NCBI RefSeq assembly: GCF_006345805.1
Contig: NC_043014.1
Location: 19,344,001 to 19,408,000, forward strand
DNA: 64,000 nt
Direction of reading: 5' to 3'
Origin: Octopus sinensis
Lineage: Eukaryota
Positions within the stretch are counted from its first letter, which is position 1. Each line of letters begins with the position of its first letter. The notes below the pieces were generated by a model. The model ran no database searches and was not told the DNA's origin. It saw only the letters and a list, made by a program, of their open reading frames with translations. Below, piece after piece: positions 12,071 to 26,752 of the stretch. Made by a program: the position numbers and the translations under genes.

Positions 12071-12140
<70 letters not shown>

Positions 12141-12260
12141 GCAACAACAACAACAACAATAATAGTTTCGAAAAACAACTTTGATGAGAAAAAGTCAACG
12201 GGAAACCATTACAAAAGAAAATGCAAAATAAAAGGAAGAAATGTTAACAAATTAACTCAC

Positions 12261-12356
12261 ATAACAAATTTCATCCAAGTTTCCGAATAGATAACGAGGC
12301 TCAGCAAACATCAGATGACCTTCGACCTGGCACTTTTTCAAGGGTTCCATGAAGCA
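12261..12356 (-). CDS. PLEKHG7: PLEKHG7-like RhoGEF exon (DH domain): CFMEPLKKCQVEGHLMFAEPRYLFGNLDEICY
   Basis: 96 bp, TTGCAG acceptor and GTGAGT donor, phase 0/0. Continues the DH helix from exon 14039-14191. Orthology is by recalled similarity and was not searched. Confidence 0.85.
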
Positions 12357-12475
12357 CTGCAACGATTGAAGATATTAATTGTAATAGGTAAAATGTACAA
12401 ACTATTTTTGCTAACCAACGTAAGATTTGTAACTATTAGTACTGTTTATTTCGATCTCTCTCTCTCTCTTCTCTA

Positions 12476-12514
<39 letters not shown>

Positions 12515-12814
12515 TATATTTTATTATATTTTATTATATTTTATTATATTTTATAATATTATATTTTATTATATTATAGTATAGTATATTATATTATATA
12601 TTATATATTTCTTTATTTTTGTATTAAGACTACCATTCGTTAAGAAAATTATCTTAATATATTAATTTTCAAGTTGTCTCCATTTGTTAATATATTGAGA
12701 TATTTTTCCTAATATGAAACCAATGGTAGCTTTAATGCACAAAGAAATATTATCCCGAATGCGATGCTTAGCATTTATTCTCCTCGTTCGACAGTTACAT
12801 CTATCTATCTATCA

Positions 12815-12969
<155 letters not shown>

Positions 12970-14038
12970 CACACACTAGAGTAGTCTTGCACGATAAAAA
13001 TTGATATCTCTTTCAACAGGAGTCGCTAGACATATTTTCTCAATCTTTTTGATTCAGCCTTCAATGATTCAATATATTCTACTAACTTTTCCAAGATAAA
13101 CAGGCTCCTGCCTTTACCAAAGCATATTTTAATGTATAATTAAAACCGAGAAGATGATTATGTGAATAAACAATAACTATGTCATCTGTTATTTACATCT
13201 GTTTCGTAAACGGAAACTGAGCACATCATCTTAATGTTGCTTCGCAATTCTTTATATGTAATTATTCATTTAAAGTAGAAGTCACTTTTCGAGATCCTAA
13301 CTGTTGCTTTTAGCAGGTTGATAGATCACTTCAGCATCACGCTGCATCACAAAGTGATGGAAAATGATGACACTATAAATCGAACATGTAATACAGTGGC
13401 ACTTATTTACAATTTTTGCATCTAGTTCCAGTTAGCCCAGATCGAACAGATCTATAACCATATGCATTCCATCTATAGCTGTTGCATCCTTCTATTCTCT
13501 GCATATCTTTGGCTACTCCTATATATCATTCGAGTTTTAAAGAAAGTATAATACGACTTTATGTCATTACGTGAAGTCACTACTTGGTGATATGTAAATA
13601 TATATGATAGAATGAAATTGTGTCGCTTCACAAAAGTGAAGCAAAATGCATGAAGAAAACGCATATCTAGAAAGATGAAAGAGGAGGCTTTCAATCCATC
13701 AAACACACAAACTAAATAGGAAAACACAAACTTTTTTCTGTGAGCATTTTAGCATATTGGCTTTTGAAAATTGATGAAAGAATCACAACGAAACTGATGA
13801 AAAAGTATTTTACGACAATAAATATTCATGAAGAAATGTTGATGATCAATCAGGCACACACATTATATAAAAGAGCGCACATATTTTTTAAAGTTATCTA
13901 AATATTAAATGTATATGGGAATGTTGTAAGTGTTTTGTAAAATAGAGGGTGATCAAAATATAAGGAAAGTGAATGTAATAAAATATGAAAGAGGATGCTG
14001 ACAAATTGTAACGTGTTAGTTTACATACGTGTACATAC

Positions 14039-14191
14039 GTGTTTTAAAACCATAAGATGATCGACTAAGAATATAACTTCACTCTTGAAAAGTTCCCATA
14101 CTGCTTCTCTGCGTTTCAGCTCCTTGCACGATAGCCGTAATGGATCTGCATCTGTGTCTGGAGACGCGATCAGATCAGACCAATGAAGATT
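14039..14191 (-). CDS. PLEKHG7: PLEKHG7-like RhoGEF exon (start of DH domain): NLHWSDLIASPDTDADPLRLSCKELKRREAVWELFKSEVIFLVDHLMVLKH
   Basis: 153 bp, TTCTAG acceptor and GTATGT donor, phase 0/0. KRREAVWELFKSE..FLVDHLMVLK is the DH-domain start characteristic of the PLEKHG5/6/7 group. Confidence 0.9.
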
Positions 14192-14849
14192 CTAGAATAA
14201 ATAAATTAATCAAATTAATCAATATAAAAAATATACAAGCACAAATTTCAACATAGATATCAATGTAATAATATATTTGTTTACTTTTGGACTTTGGACT
14301 AATTCTGTTCATAAAATCATTTATAAGCGATAACTTATTTGTATTTAGCTTTATTTTTGAGGCAAAGCGCTTCTTACATCACCCCGGGAGTTTAACAGGA
14401 TGCTATTTCGTGATAAGGTGATTTTTCCCAAACAAGAAATTAAAAGTGATTACCGCAAACCAAAGTGTAATTTCTTTATGTTAAAACGCAGCGGCAGTTT
14501 TCTCAAAACTGAGAGTTGTATTCTTTACAAGATGAGCGTGAGATATTTGGCTATCTTGTCAATGAAAACTAACACGTTACAATTTGTCGGTATCCTCTTC
14601 CATATTTTATTACATTCATTTTCCTTACATTTTGATCGTAAAATTTTCTAGTATTTATTTTCCTATATCTTACTGATTTAACTGTAGTTGCTAACACAAT
14701 TTATTGTCAAATTTATTTTGATGAAATATCGTTTGATATTTCCTACATGTTCCTAGGGAAAAAACCTAATAACCTAATGATTTAATATTACTCTGGATTC
14801 TGTATTAGCCAAAGACACTTCAAACAACTTTTTACTCAATCCATCATGT

Positions 14850-16700
14850 AACCTGTATCATTTGCTTCCCTCCTGGATCAGCAGAATCACATAAACCCAT
14901 GAATGAAACCTTCCAAGTAGGAATTAACCACATTCCACCAACAACTCCTAGCTCTCCTCTAGCGGTATAAGTAGAAAAAATCCCATGGCTTATGGAACTC
15001 GGAGAAAACCGCCCACCTCTACAAACTAAACGGCTTTCACTCATAAGGACACCTCATGTGAAACTTATTATGAATATTTTCATCAGACTTATTATGAATA
15101 TTTTCATATCTCGCACATCCACCAGAATTTTTCACACTCAAACTTACGATGCAGCCAATCTTTTTGCTCCCTCACAAAAAAAACTTCCAGCTTTGAGAAA
15201 TTCTCTTTTCCTTCAATTCTTAAACATGTTGACTCTATGATCAACACAGATGAAGAGATTTCCTCTGCATTTCCATCCTGCTTTACATCGATTTCAACAG
15301 AGAACACATGAAGTAAATGTCCTCTGATATCCATCTGTTCCACTTCACAAGACTCAATACCAAATATAAATGCATGGCATGTAAATCTGCAAATGTTCAT
15401 CGCAACGTTTTAAACTAACACAGTACTGACAATATCACTTCTATCCTCAAGCACTGCGCATCATAGCAGCTTTCCCCACAAACATTCCAATCTCCTCCAC
15501 TCGCTCAGTCTCTTTGTCTGGCTGTGTCTTCCCCAACTCTCTCTCTCACTCTTATTCATTCTGTAGAAATATATTCCGACACAAGTCCATGAAAGTATAA
15601 TAAAGAAATCTATAAAAATAAATCCATAAAAATATAATCACTTCAAACATTGATGCAAAACAAGAACACAGTACTCAGACTGGCAAAGGCGATACATTTG
15701 TCCTCGGTATTTAACTGATGCCCATTTTCTCGACCCCACTAACGAAAAGAGGTTAAATAGCATTTTGACACGGAAGGGTTTTGAACTTTGAATCTAGACG
15801 GGATTAAGGAAATAACTAGTTTAGAGTATGCTACTGATCCAATCATCATCTTATTTGACTCTGATACTTTGAAGATGAAGGTCATTAGCAACAACTTAAA
15901 TGGCTCTCCTTCGAGCATGAGTCAGATTTAATATACCCAGATCTACTGGAGATATATTCTCCACTTCACTCATCAATTGATTCTTTCCCTCGAGAATTAT
16001 TTCGGTAGCAGTGTTATTTTGGGCGGGATTCAACATGTAATTTACCTGGCAAGCTGCCCGCCTATGTGTGCCCTACAATGCACATATTTTGGATTTGTGG
16101 CGGCTGGTGAGATCGCACTATGTTGGTGTGTGCGGAAATTGGTTTCTCTGATCTACACCCTATAAACTCTCGTGTGCCCCAGGTTCAGTTATGCCCAACT
16201 ACTCTCCTCTAGTTTAATGGCCAACTTTACTTTACGTCCAACAACACAAGCTCTTCTCGTTCCTCTCAAACCTTCCATATCCACAAGCACCATCCACATA
16301 CAATTTAGGCACACCATGCCAAATCTGCAGTGATTCCGCGAACGCAGTCCTCTCAAACATCCTTTAATGGAGTTATGTGAAACTACTCTTTCTCAATAGT
16401 ACAAAGATCACTGCACATTGTAAAGAATATATCTTTACAGTTAACTCTATCAACATGTACAGCACACAACGCATTCAAAATAACCTTAAATATTAGATCT
16501 CAAAATCTGTGGAGATCTCTTCTGGTGAACATATATCCTCAACATTTCTGAGACGAAGTATTAGACGTCTCTATTACTTCAGAGCCAGACCTGTTTCAAC
16601 TCTCAACAACTTTTGATAACATAAAACAGCAAAGGAGTGAGCTACAATAAGGTGCTGCTCCCACATCAGAGACTCTGCTGCTACTATACACCGAGATAGT
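14850..16700 (-). mobile_element. Heavily decayed LINE (RT-like) remnants
   Basis: Minus frame FSVEIDVKQDG resembles the RT motif F.V..GVKQG; composition is mildly GC-raised. Boundaries are vague. Confidence 0.3.
15620..15830 (-). mobile_element. Diverged SINE family B-like copy (twin of 17160-17340)
   Basis: Shares CCCATTTTCTCGACCCCACTAACGAAAAGAGGTTAA and TGAATCTAGACGGGATTAAGGAAATAACTA with 17160-17340. Confidence 0.65.
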
Positions 16701-17159
16701 CTAAATCGACCATACCTCCTACCAAAATAAAAGAAAGTATATTCAATAAATGAAAATAAAATATAAGTAGTAAATAAAAATAAAATATAAGTATTAAATA
16801 AAAATAAAATATAATCAACAAATAAAAATATTTTAAAAAAACGTAAGATCTCTCGACTGATTTGTGCGAATTTAATCAGACTGTGGCCATTATGTATTTT
16901 CTATAGTTTCCACACTACCATTTGCTTCTTGGGGATAAATGGTCTCTTGTCATCTTCTCAGAAAACCAATTTGCACGCTTCTCCGATATTCGTCATCCAC
17001 ATTTTTATGCTCTTATACTAACAACTAGTCTTCATGAAACTCTTAAATTTCTCTGAAATTGCTGTCACGTACCTGTTACAGAGGAATATGAACAGTGTTG
17101 ACTGTTCACTGATATAGAAGATCCTCCGAAGACCATATGCAAAATCCCTTCCCCAGATC

Positions 17160-17340
17160 AAATCCATAAAAGTATATGCAAAACAAGAACACAACACTCA
17201 GAGGGGCAAAGACGATACATTTGATCTTGGTATCTAACTGATTCCCATTTTCTCGACCCCACTAACGAAAAGAGGTTAATAGCATTTTGACACGGAGGGG
17301 TTTGAACCATGAATCTAGACGGGATTAAGGAAATAACTAC
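17160..17340 (-). mobile_element. Diverged SINE family B-like copy (twin of 15620-15830)
   Basis: Same shared blocks as 15620-15830. Confidence 0.65.
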
Positions 17341-17584
17341 TTATATCCTATTCTGTTCATTGCATTATCGTTTCAGCCAGCTACTTATATTACACAGGAC
17401 AAATAAAGACAACAACTCCGACAACAAATAATCTAATATTTAACTATTTGAAATACAATAAACAGTGGGGAATATATAAATCTTTACTTTTCGTAATCTG
17501 CACAGAACCAGACGCCATCAGACATTTTTTTTCTTTGCTTAACCACAAAAGATCGTAGAAATAATCTGATGACGGCACCAATGG

Positions 17585-17951
17585 ATGATAATGATAATGA
17601 GGAGTAGGTCGAGGAGGAGGAGAACGACGACGACGATGAAATTGACAACGATGATGATGATGAAGTTAATGATGATTGTTATCATGATAATGATGACCAC
17701 CATCACCATGACCATAATGATGACAGCTCTTCCTTTTCAATACACGTGGAAGCAGTTTTATATTTCTTTGGCAATATTTCGTTGATTTTTTTCTTTTCCC
17801 TTCTTTTGAGCTTTCATTGCAAAGAGTCGATTCATCAATATCTTACAAGACTGGTAATCAATTCAGATCAATTATTATTGTCGTTGTTGTTGTCATCATT
17901 ATAATTTTTATTATTGTTGTTGCTATTGTAGTTGTTGTTGCTGTTATTATC

Positions 17952-18025
<74 letters not shown>

Positions 18026-18160
18026 CAGCAGCAGCAGCAGCAGAAGCAATAATGTCAGGTTCATCGTCATTATCCTCCTCCTTCTTATCATCATAATCAT
18101 CATCATTGTCGTCGTCGTCGTCATCATCGTCGTCATCATTATCCTCTCATCCCCATCATC
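17585..18160. repeat. Compound trinucleotide arrays (GAT, TTG, TAG, TCA)
   Basis: Direct observation. Confidence 0.9.
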
Positions 18161-20202
18161 ATGTTCACCCCAGCCTCAAAACGAATAAAGAAAGCAAAAA
18201 TGTCTATTGACTCAAAGAACAATCATAATATCAGTCAGAAACTTGACCCATACGCCTCTTTTGTCTAATTACTAAGCTGCAGTGTTTATATTTTTTGCAG
18301 AAATCGCAATCAATCAATCAATCCCCCAATCAATACCTACCTACTCACCAACCAACTTACCTACCTAAATGCCTCCCTCCTTCCCTACCTATCTATCTAC
18401 CTACTTACCTACACACACACACGCCCGCACACATATTTGACAGAAGCAACACAATCTTTCATTAAATAAATAGAGATATGAACACCACAAAGTAAAAGAT
18501 AAAAGGGAAAACGAAAGAATAAAAAGCACAACGACTATACAATTTTTCTAAATGTGTTTATATTTTCTTGGTTTCTTCTTTTACGACTATTAAATCAATG
18601 TATGTTTATCTGGGCAGCACATTGCTGTGCGGAGACGGTAGAGTGTCGGATATAAAATGACTTACACTTATTTATGTATGTCTCTTTATATTTCTGAATT
18701 CGTATTTTATGTGGGCTGACTTTGTCTTGTCATCCATTGAACATCGATAAAATAAATATTACTCATGTATTCGGGTCGATTAACTTGACAGTAGATTCTT
18801 CAAAAAAACCATTGTGCGTGGACGTCTTCCCATATCCTAAACCGTTATTATAATCGGCCTTATACACTTACACTCTGTTAACATGTGACCTTGTACCAAA
18901 GCTAAGGATCAATATTTTTGTATATATTAAACATACGTCGTGGTTTTACGTTAGTGTTAAGTTGTAGTTAAGAGAGAAAAGTAATTGAATATTGTTAGGT
19001 AAACGCGATTAATAATATATATTCAAAGCTGAGTCTGAGTAGCCACACAGAATTTGTCAGGCTTGCACCTGAAAACTGGTAATGAGAAAATTCGAGTAGA
19101 CTCCAAATAAATGATATACTGAAAGTAGAAATATAGCAGAAATGAAAGATCCTTCCACAATGTGTTTTGCAGATTTAATGTGTTTCTTAGCTCAAATTTC
19201 ATCAGGTTCTTTTGATGCTGAATTTAATTTCTTCCCTTTCACATCTACAGTTCAATGTGAGAGTATCCATGCGATAGATCATCGTTAGAAGTGATTAATC
19301 AACTCTGTGAGGTTTGTTTGATTCCTAGTAGAAGACATCTCGCTCCAACTACGCGGATAAATATTTAGATAATATCACGGTTTCGTGTTTCTACCCATTT
19401 CAAGTTTAGGAACATTTTTTTACCGATTTACAAAGGTCATACTATTTCGGAAATTTGGTACGCCTTTTATTGTCCTAAATTGGGTACTGTAATGAATCTC
19501 CGTTCTTTGCCTTTATCTATTTATATATTTACAATTCTATAAAATGTACTTCAAATCACTCCGTGAAAAATGTATGGTGATAGCATTTATGAGTTTCTAC
19601 GTAAAACTTGCTACTACACTACTTCAGTGTAATTCTCTACAAAATGGAAGTAAGTTTTACATAGAAACTCACATTCAAATGGTTCAATGTGACATACCAA
19701 TCATTTGTTTTCCCCATTATCTATTTCACAATTTCTTCGGATTTCATTCACACTGAATATAATTTTCTTTCCTGTCATCGGCAAGTAAGAGAGGGAGCGT
19801 CCACAGGATCGAGTGATCCGACAGAAATAGCGAGTCACCTCTGTAAGCTTTGGACAATTCTTACTTTGTTTTACTTACACCAGTAATGCGATTAAAATCA
19901 CAGCTTCGTGTGCATGTATCCCTATAGAATCTGCTCATCCTTCTCAACAACACTTTTGCTGTGTTATTTCCAGAGAGTAAATGAGACATCAGAAATTACA
20001 GAATTTCATGGCATATTTTCATAACCTAAGCGCAAGCCATGGAAATTGATCCTTAAGTGTCGATAATGTGATTGATTGGGTTATTCTGTAAGAATACGTC
20101 TAGTTGGTAACACAAGTAGTTACAGTTAATTTTTAAATAGACGACTTAAATATAATTATCTGAACTAAAATGCTCGTAAAATGTGAAATTTTAAGTTTAC
20201 TG

Positions 20203-20444
20203 TTTTACTCTTTTACTTGTTTCAGTCATTTGACTGTGGCCATGCTGGAGCACTGCCTTTAGTCGAGCAAATCAACCCCAGGACTTATTCTTTGCAAGCC
20301 TAGTACTTATTCTATTGGTCTCTTTAGCTGAACCGCGAAGTTACGGGGACGTAAACATACCAGCATCGGTTGTCAAGCAATGTTGGGGTGGGGGACAAAT
20401 ACAGATACACAAGCATACACACACACACTCACACACACACACAT

Positions 20445-20510
<66 letters not shown>

Positions 20511-20632
20511 CGACAGGCTTCTTTCAGTTTCCCTCTACCAAATCCACTCACTAGGCTTTGGTCGGCCCGGGTCTACAGTAGAAGACACTTTTCCAAGGTG
20601 CCACGCAGTGGGACTAAACCCAAAACCATGTG
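20203..20632 (-). mobile_element. SINE family A
   Basis: Near full-length match to the family consensus, including the internal (CA)(TA) tract. Confidence 0.9.
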
Positions 20633-21081
20633 AAGAAATTCAAACACAATTTCTGTCAGTATTCCCCTAAACTTGATTTCAAAATATCATCAGAAAATGA
20701 TATCTAAACACTTTCGAAATTTATATAATGAAATTTTATAATTATATTTCAATTTCAGAAATATCTAAATTTTATATAACTATGATTATGATGAATATTT
20801 AAATTTTACGCAAATTTCTGTTAATTAAAATAAAAAGAGCTAAAATACTTCTTAAAATTTCTAAAAGATTCCTACTCTGAACCTATCAATGTATCAGATA
20901 TCATTGCGTATGATAGAAAATAAATTACAAATTATAAATATTGTTGTCTCCGCTAGAAAAAAATTAAAATGTCTTTAGAAATTGAGAAAATTAGAAGAAA
21001 TATTGGCTTCTAAAATTCCTAAAATGATAAAAACATTTAAAATCATTCATGAATAATTCAGTAGTTTAATTTTGATAAGTC

Positions 21082-21084
<3 letters not shown>

Positions 21085-21135
<51 letters not shown>

Positions 21136-21325
21136 TATATATATATATATATAAAATATTGTGATTGCTAAAATTTTATAAAAGTTGCAGGAAAACTTCT
21201 TCAAGATATCTTTAAAATATTCTAACTTCGAAACTTTTGTGCGTGTGAATCTCAATACATACATATATATATACATGTGTGTGTGTGTGTGTGTATGTAT
21301 ATACATATATACATATATTTAAATG

Positions 21326-21371
<46 letters not shown>

Positions 21372-21508
21372 TAGATAGATAGATAGATAGATATGTACTA
21401 TATGTACATATATATATTTATTTATATTATATATATATATGTATATATGTATGTGTGTGTGTGTACACAACTATATTTAGATATACGTTTGTATACGAAT
21501 ATATATAT

Positions 21509-21541
<33 letters not shown>

Positions 21542-21618
21542 GTGTATATACATATACATATATATACACGCACGTGTGTTTGTATGCGTACCTGTGTGTA
21601 TGAGTGTGGGTGGGTGAG

Positions 21619-21649
<31 letters not shown>

Positions 21650-21650
21650 A
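21085..21650. repeat. Compound (TA)/(TG)/(GATA) microsatellite field
   Basis: Direct observation. Confidence 0.95.
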
Positions 21651-21759
21651 CCCATCTGCACAGGATTCATACATATATCTAACAATAGCAAAGAAAGTGT
21701 TCTTGAAATTGTCACCATCTTACCACTACCTAATTGTAATCTCTCATGAAATTATATAA

Positions 21760-21910
21760 ATGGTCAACGCTGAAAAACGCCAAACCTTATGACAGAATTT
21801 AACGGGTGTGCAACTGTTGCCTTGAAGAAACGCTGGAAACTGTGATATATAAGAGGAACGTGTAATAAATAGACATTCGGATGTGGTATTAGCTTATCGG
21901 CAGAGAATCA
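21760..21910 (+). mobile_element. Possible Penelope C-terminal remnant
   Basis: Translation KPYDRI*RVCNCCLEETLE resembles the PY...KRCNLCL.EK motif that follows GIY-YIG in some PLEs. Confidence 0.35.
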
Positions 21911-22636
21911 AGAAACCATTCATAGAGCTTGAAAATAACATTACGAAATACACATTAAATAATCTTCTATAGCACCTGAACCTGATGCTGGAAGGACTGT
22001 TGGAACTTGTGGAAACAATAATGATCCTAAACATGAAAAAATATAAACAATATTTATCATAAGCAGGTCAGGGCAGAGAGGATAATATTTACGACAAATA
22101 TCGTAGCAACAAATAAATCACCTGCTAACGCTAAACCCATTGAATAAAAGAATTCTGATGACTCCAATTTAATAACAAGAAGCAGATAATAAAAAACACA
22201 AACCTTGACTTACTATTTTATTTATGACGTTAGAGAAATACGGGAGTGGAGTGGGGTTCTATTTCTATGTCAACTAAATGTCTCGTTCTTATTATACTAT
22301 ATCCTTTTGTCATTTCTTTTCTCTCTTACCCGCGTTCTCCAGTTCTTTTATTCTTTTAGATTTCCTGTTTTCCACTGCACACACTTGACTCACATTTTTA
22401 TCTCCCCACTTTCTTCGCTTCTTTTTTTTCCATTCTCGTTCCCGCTTTCCATGTCCACCTGCATTGATATGGAAGCAACAACACATCTATCTATCTAGTG
22501 GTTTTCTAAGCATTCACAAGCACTGCCCTTTAAACCTACAAGACTTTTTGATTAGAGTAGAATGAAATCTAAACAAGGAATCCCGAGGTAAAGTAATACA
22601 AAATGTGCTCCCATAGAGTCCATGGGTATTGTTTAA

Positions 22637-22854
22637 TTCTTTTATTCTTTTATTTGTTTCAGTCATTTGAATGCGGCCATGTTGGAGGACCGCCTTTTCA
22701 GTCGAACAAATCGACCCGGGGACTTATTCTTTGTAAGCCTAGTACTTATTCTATCGGTATCTTTTGCCGAACCGCTAAGTTATGGGGACGTAAACGCACC
22801 ACCATCGGTTGTCAAACGATGGTGGGGTGACAAACACAGACATACACACACACA

Positions 22855-22937
<83 letters not shown>

Positions 22938-22943
22938 ATATAT

Positions 22944-22994
<51 letters not shown>

Positions 22995-23147
22995 CCTATA
23001 TACAACGGGCTTCTTTCAGTTTCTGTTTACAAAATTCACTCACAAGGCTTTTGTCGGCCCAAGGCTATAGTAGATGACACTTGCCCAAGGTGTCAACCAG
23101 TGGGACTGAACCAGGAAGCTGCTTACCACACAGTCACTCATGCGCCC
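22637..23147 (-). mobile_element. SINE family A with expanded internal (TA)(TG)(GATA) tract
   Basis: Head, CORE-like segment and tail are all recognisable. Confidence 0.9.
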
Positions 23148-23224
23148 ATTATGAAAAATATTTAACAATATCCTACGGATATAGTGTGGTGATTCCATAA
23201 AAATACATGTAATGCCGAAATATA

Positions 23225-23560
23225 TGTAGCAATGCATATTATGGCAATAGGTTTCTGCAGTAATGGTTTTTCCGGGTTTTAAGAAGTTATAGTGAATGAG
23301 TCCAGTAGTACACCAACGAACAATCACTATAACCTTTTTGAAGAGCCAAGTTTTAGGGAAGGTTTTCGGTGCTTCATTTTCGTCCAACTACTGCAAAGAC
23401 CGATTTTTTTTTATTATTGTACATAATTCACTTTTCATTGCAAGTTACAACACGGTGGAGAAATGGATCGATCTGGTTACCGAAAAGAGACGGGCAAATT
23501 TCGTATCTGCACATTTTCTGATTTTCAGTGAAATCGTGTGGTACCCATTTGTCGAGCTTT
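23225..23560 (-). mobile_element. mariner transposase fragment
   Basis: PFLHRVVTCNEK*IMYN and DENEAPKTFPK...KKVIVIVRWCTTGLIHYNFLKPGKTITAETYC match the mariner catalytic region (D1 and KKVM..VWW motifs). Confidence 0.8.
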
Positions 23561-23680
23561 ATATATATATATATATATGTTATAATTTAGAACAGGTGGT
23601 AAAATGTACTTGGAGATTCAAATGTCGGTACGAAGAGCTACGATACATTCTCGTCGGCTATTAATTATCGTCGACATTAT

Positions 23681-23715
<35 letters not shown>

Positions 23716-23879
23716 GGGGGGGAGAGAGAGAGAGAAATGGATGCGTGCATTCCGTCATATAATAACATATTAATAAATAAAACATATTCATATATACATA
23801 CATATATGTACGTACCTACATCTACATGTATATATACATGAATATAGCGTATGTGTAACGTAAATTTAGAAAAAAAAAA

Positions 23880-24140
23880 CATTGGTTTCATATCTTGCGT
23901 AAACTAGACATCTCTTCAATTTCTCTAAACAGTAACCGTTCTCTGCAAAGAATGCTTGTTTTAAAACACAAGAACGTCGGTGATAGTTCAAGAAATAGCC
24001 CCCTTTAAAAATATGGCCAGGCGAGTTGTCTTCCTTCGCTTGATAGCTAGGTTTTCCAGTTTTGAAGTAAAGATTTCCGAAAATGCGGACAACTCCCCAA
24101 GGGTTCCGTCCTGGAGTTAAGATAGCTTCTTGATTCATGT
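23880..24140 (-). mobile_element. Possible Penelope RT thumb remnant
   Basis: KPSY...NSPGHIFKG...RRSC.LKQAFFAENGY.LEKLKRCL resembles the PLE KP...P.H.F.G...R...L...F..NGY motif. Confidence 0.4.
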
Positions 24141-24226
24141 GAGTTCAGAAGAATTATATATCTTTCTGCCAAACGCAATTTGCACATATATATATAAGAG
24201 AGGGAGAGAGATAATACGCACGTGTA

Positions 24227-24263
<37 letters not shown>

Positions 24264-25646
24264 AATATATATATATATATCCACATACACATACATACAT
24301 ATATACATACGTACGTGTGAATGTATGTATGTATATATGTATGTATATATAAATGTATGTATTTCTGCATGTATGCTTGCGTATGTAATTACACTCCTTA
24401 GCACTTACCCAGTAATGTTTACTGTAAGACTAACCTCCGTTAATCTGTAACTTGCCATGATCTTGTTGCTGTCAGCCACTGGTTGAATGCCGCAGCACGT
24501 CGTTGAGTTGGAGGATTCAGCCTCATTCTTGACACTAGGCCATTAATTGTTGATAACATCTCATCATCAACTTGTGGTTTTATGCCTTTCCCTTTTCCTC
24601 GCTAACGGTTACAATTCTGTGGCGTCTGTAGCTCTGCTCACATCTCCCATCCATGTCATTTCCTTTTTCCGTTCCCTTTTTTTATTTTTTTTGTCTTTGT
24701 ATGTTATGTGAGACATTGCTGTTTGTGTTTGGCGCTGACATACAGCCAATTTTCTGCAGCTAAATCCTACTGTTAGTATTCTGTATTGGTTCATAACTTT
24801 TCTTTTGTGGTAGATTAGCAACTTTATCTCATAGATCCCTGTGATTATTGAAAGCAACAGAGACTAATTATTAACCAAACGTGTATTTATTTCTTTTTGT
24901 AATTTTCTTTCGCACCAATACTTTCTTCTCGTATTCATAGTTTTGTACTTCTTGCTCGTTCTCCTCCGCTGTAATGGCAATTGGCTTAATCTTATAACTT
25001 ATGGTGGCTTTTGTTTTCCTCTTAATTATTTTCACTCTTCAGGTCTTCCTTGCAGCAGAGAAACCTCTCAGCATTTCCTCTGTCTTCTTCAGACCGTTAT
25101 CAGTATGATATAATCAATGAAACTGAGATGATGGAGGTTGTTTCTATTGATATTATTCTTCGCATCTCCTAATAAAGCATTCTGAAGATGTTTTCCAGGC
25201 ATGTTGTGAAAAGTTTATCATGTAATACAGTCTCATGATAGTTACTCACTTAATACACAGCACGTTTTTCTCCCAAAACCATTCCCGATTAAAATTTCTT
25301 TCCAGAAAATTCGTGACCATTAATTTAGCCTTTAGGTTAGATTCATTGTCTATCGTGCTATAAAGCAGATAATGAAATAGAATAAAGACAAAAATAAATA
25401 ATAAAGTCGACAAAAAGCCACAGGAAATAAAACATCAAAAAAGAAAGGTGTTTTAGAAGAAACTATCTTTTCAGACTTTATTTAACTCTACACACGCGAC
25501 TACTGATGTAATACATTACACAACGATACAGGCAATCATTTTTCTTACTTTTCTGACAACACATGACAATACTTGTCATTGTTCTCTCTCTCTCTCTCTG
25601 TCATTCCTTCATCTTCCCTATATATTTGTCTATTATCTTTGCAAAT

Positions 25647-25689
<43 letters not shown>

Positions 25690-26047
25690 AAACACATATA
25701 CACACACACATATGTATCTTAAAAAATCATTTCAGAGATAAGTGATAGGAAAAAAAAGAACCAATCTCAATAAAAAACATGTCACATGTGTGGTGTGATG
25801 TAGTGGTGTGTGTGTGTGTGTGTGTGTGCGTGTGTGTGCGCGTGTGTGTGTGTTGTATGTGTGTGTGTATGTGTGTGTGTGTGTGTGCGTGTGTGTGTGC
25901 GTGTGTGTGTGAATTTCCTTTAAGGTGCTTTGAAGCAACTTTTTCAGGAGTAAGCAACACGGAAAAATATTCACACTGTATTTTAAAAAGAACCTCATAA
26001 AATAAATATTTGTATTTAAGTATACATATATTCATATATGTATACAT

Positions 26048-26097
<50 letters not shown>

Positions 26098-26752
26098 TTA
26101 TATATATATATTATATATATATATATAAACGCATGCAACCATGTGTGTATATATCTCTTACTATCTATCTGTTGATCGCTCGATCAATCTATATATATTC
26201 ATATACATATATAGCCATATGTATATTTATATATACGTAGATATACTCTCGCGTGGGATTATGTATGCATTCATATATTAATGGCTGGTTAGAAAAGTTG
26301 AAATTTTTGTCATGTGTCACTCAGATTGTAGCTCTATCCTGACATTAAACATAGAACGTTCAAAACAGTTCTTCAACACTAGACTACTCATAATTCATAA
26401 TAGAAATGAAACCTGGAACGCCAAAGACAAAATAACAAATGTTGCTTGTAATGCAACATAAGATTATGGATATTTTCAATATTCGCTGACAAAGCAGAAA
26501 TATGAAAACGTATCCTATGCTGAGGTTATTTAAGGTCACAAAGCACCTTTAAAACTTCATGATCCTCACAAGATCACCTTTCCTGTGTAAGTATAAAGAG
26601 ACTTTGTGTTTAATCAATACAACGTTAGATATTTACTCGACAACGGATTCTGGCAGCGCCAAGACTACCTCGTTCAGGAAGCCGTTAGTAAATTCCTTTA
26701 GCTGCAAGGGATCAAACCAGATCCTGATAAACGCACATTTTACCTGATACCC

